A stretch of 64,000 bases of DNA from a virus, in the IMG/VR virus record IMGVR_UViG_3300042934_000547, positions 1 to 64,000 of that record; one strand, written 5' to 3'. The notes below the pieces were generated by a model. The model was given only the letters and a program-made list of their open reading frames with translations, ran no database searches and was not told the origin of the DNA. Position numbers and translations under genes: made by a program. Numbering within the stretch: position 1 is the stretch's first letter; each line of letters starts with the position of its first letter. Shown piece by piece: positions 62,714 to 64,000 of this stretch.

Positions 62714-64000
62714 TTAATTTTCAATAATTTGATTACTAAATATATTTCCATATTGATCTATGGATATATCATCCATTCCTGATAAAAATAAGCTTGAATG
62801 TTCTGTACAAGCGATTAATTCTTCTAAGCTTGGTTCTGAACCATCACAAACTTCAAACCTAGGTCTATAAAAATAAGCCATTTCGTCTAATGATGTAGAA
62901 TAATACATATATGCTCTTATAGTATTTGTTGTAGCAGTTGATAACCATTTAAAATCATTGGCAATATTGAATCGCTTTCTACCTGTTATATCGTATAGTC
63001 CAGACTTGTCATCATTTACTGTTCCGGTAAAATCATATGGATGAATATGGGCAACCCATAAAAACCATTCATCACCTGTGTCAAGTGAATGATGAAAATA
63101 CGGATTAGATACAGCTACAGTTGAACCTAATAACGATATTGCGTTATTGGCACATCCGAGATATAATCTTCCATTAACGGGATTTTCTCTTCTCATCCAC
63201 ATGGATACCCGATATTTTTTAGTTTTATCTATACCCACATAACTATGGTCGAATCCACCGTCAGCATCACTTCCAATATCATTTCCCGGTGCCATCCACA
63301 TATAATCTGGTTCACCGTATGGATTACCTGCGATTAGGCGTTCATTTTCGTCCGCCGCACCATTCATGATCCATGGACCAATACTTCCCTTTCCTAACTG
63401 GTTCCAAATACTGTAATCAACCAGTGTAGGTTTATAAGGTTTAACTTCGATGAGTTCACTACATGATATTTGTGATTTGATATTTATATCTGGTTCTTTA
63501 TATTCAACAATTTTAGAATCATATGAATAATATACATAATCGCCAGTATGATAATATGTAGAAACTTTCTTAACCGATTTACCAGCTTGTGAAACACCCC
63601 GTAGTCTAATCCATCTCTTATATACACTGGTTATCAAAAAATGATCCTGCGTACTGTCGGAGTATGTTATAACCAATCCTCCCGGGATGTTACCATTATA
63701 ATAACAAGTATTATATACAATTATATCAAATAAATACCGAGTATTTGGTTTAAAATTATTAACCATATTTATCTGATTTGGTGCAACATTACCTATGTCA
63801 ACATCAACCTTATAAAATACAGCAGCACCTATACCAACACATGGAACCCCAAATATAGTTGCTCTATTACAAAATCCGTGTATATTTAATCTTTTTCCAT
63901 ATTCATATATATAATCTAAATCAAATAAATTTTGATTTTCTATCACTTCACCTACAAAAATATTATTTTTATCAGTATCAACTGTTAATTTAGTTTCGTA
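62714..64000 (-). CDS. receptor-binding/fibre module protein, 5' end outside window
   Basis: The track ORF starts at GTG 63946, but the frame stays open to base 64000 (YETKLTVDTDKNNIFVGE precedes VIENQN) and there is no RBS before the GTG. It ends with NIFSNQIIEN like L1/L2. Confidence 0.65.
   Translation of the reverse strand, partial: YETKLTVDTDKNNIFVGEVIENQNLFDLDYIYEYGKRLNIHGFCNRATIFGVPCVGIGAAVFYKVDVDIGNVAPNQINMVNNFKPNTRYLFDIIVYNTCYYNGNIPGGLVITYSDSTQDHFLITSVYKRWIRLRGVSQAGKSVKKVSTYYHTGDYVYYSYDSKIVEYKEPDINIKSQISCSELIEVKPYKPTLVDYSIWNQLGKGSIGPWIMNGAADENERLIAGNPYGEPDYMWMAPGNDIGSDADGGFDHSYVGIDKTKKYRVSMWMRRENPVNGRLYLGCANNAISLLGSTVAVSNPYFHHSLDTGDEWFLWVAHIHPYDFTGTVNDDKSGLYDITGRKRFNIANDFKWLSTATTNTIRAYMYYSTSLDEMAYFYRPRFEVCDGSEPSLEELIACTEHSSLFLSGMDDISIDQYGNIFSNQIIEN

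Noticed and set aside
1-64000. Searched by eye for CRISPR arrays, tRNA/tmRNA genes, rRNA, integrase/transposase/IS ends, and long terminal or tandem repeats.
   Set aside because: I saw no regularly spaced direct repeats and no cloverleaf-compatible GTTCGAATC-type T-arm in the non-coding gaps (5190-5597, 12203-12661, 17323-17598). I saw no recombinase motifs. The only repeats are the promoter motif, the terminator palindromes, intragenic paralogy and the short in-frame repeats at 49767-49820.

Overview
This is a visibly AT-rich, densely coded window with about 75 protein genes. I found no rRNA, tRNA, CRISPR array, integrase or transposase. It reads as part of a large (jumbo-type) tailed phage of a Gram-positive-like host, since GGAGG-type ribosome binding sites (RBS) sit in front of most genes.

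Key calls:
- A split multisubunit RNA polymerase beta-prime N-terminal fragment carrying the GGDYDGDQV catalytic loop (5598-7172).
- A Zn-ribbon/TOPRIM primase.
- A class II (RTPR-type, ...CDAGICPIK C-terminus) ribonucleotide reductase with an ATP-cone.
- A ThyX-like enzyme with an RKR variant of the signature.
- A phage Dam-family N6-adenine methyltransferase.
- A T4 gp21-like prohead protease and a gp25-like baseplate protein.
- An M23 peptidase.
- Two NAGPA-like (phosphodiester glycosidase family) hydrolases.
- A TARG1/OARD1-like macrodomain.
- A very large receptor-binding arsenal: one classical tail fibre, at least four LamG/discoidin giants, and three MGRLNST... fibre paralogs.

The most unusual element is a self-contained minus-strand cassette (47702-52142), sandwiched between the fibre genes and the M23 lysin. 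It holds three radical-SAM enzymes, two of them with SPASM-type auxiliary Cys clusters. They surround a 133-aa protein whose last 32 residues contain 15 Cys and 7 Asp (CSCNCNDCDCDCDRCACTCDRCACDCDCCTCT), plus two Cys-free paralogous small proteins. I read this as a phage-borne RiPP-like or protein-crosslinking system (RiPP = ribosomally made, post-translationally modified peptide).

Other genome-level signals:
- A 21-nt intergenic motif, AA(G/A)TATATATTATAnnnnTGA, sits in front of at least nine minus-strand early-looking transcription units and is probably a phage-RNAP promoter.
- A family of sequence-related palindromic terminators (GAGTAGG/GGGTAGG arms) recurs through the window.
- There are several tandem paralog arrays.

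All functional calls come from motif recognition by eye; no database search was run.
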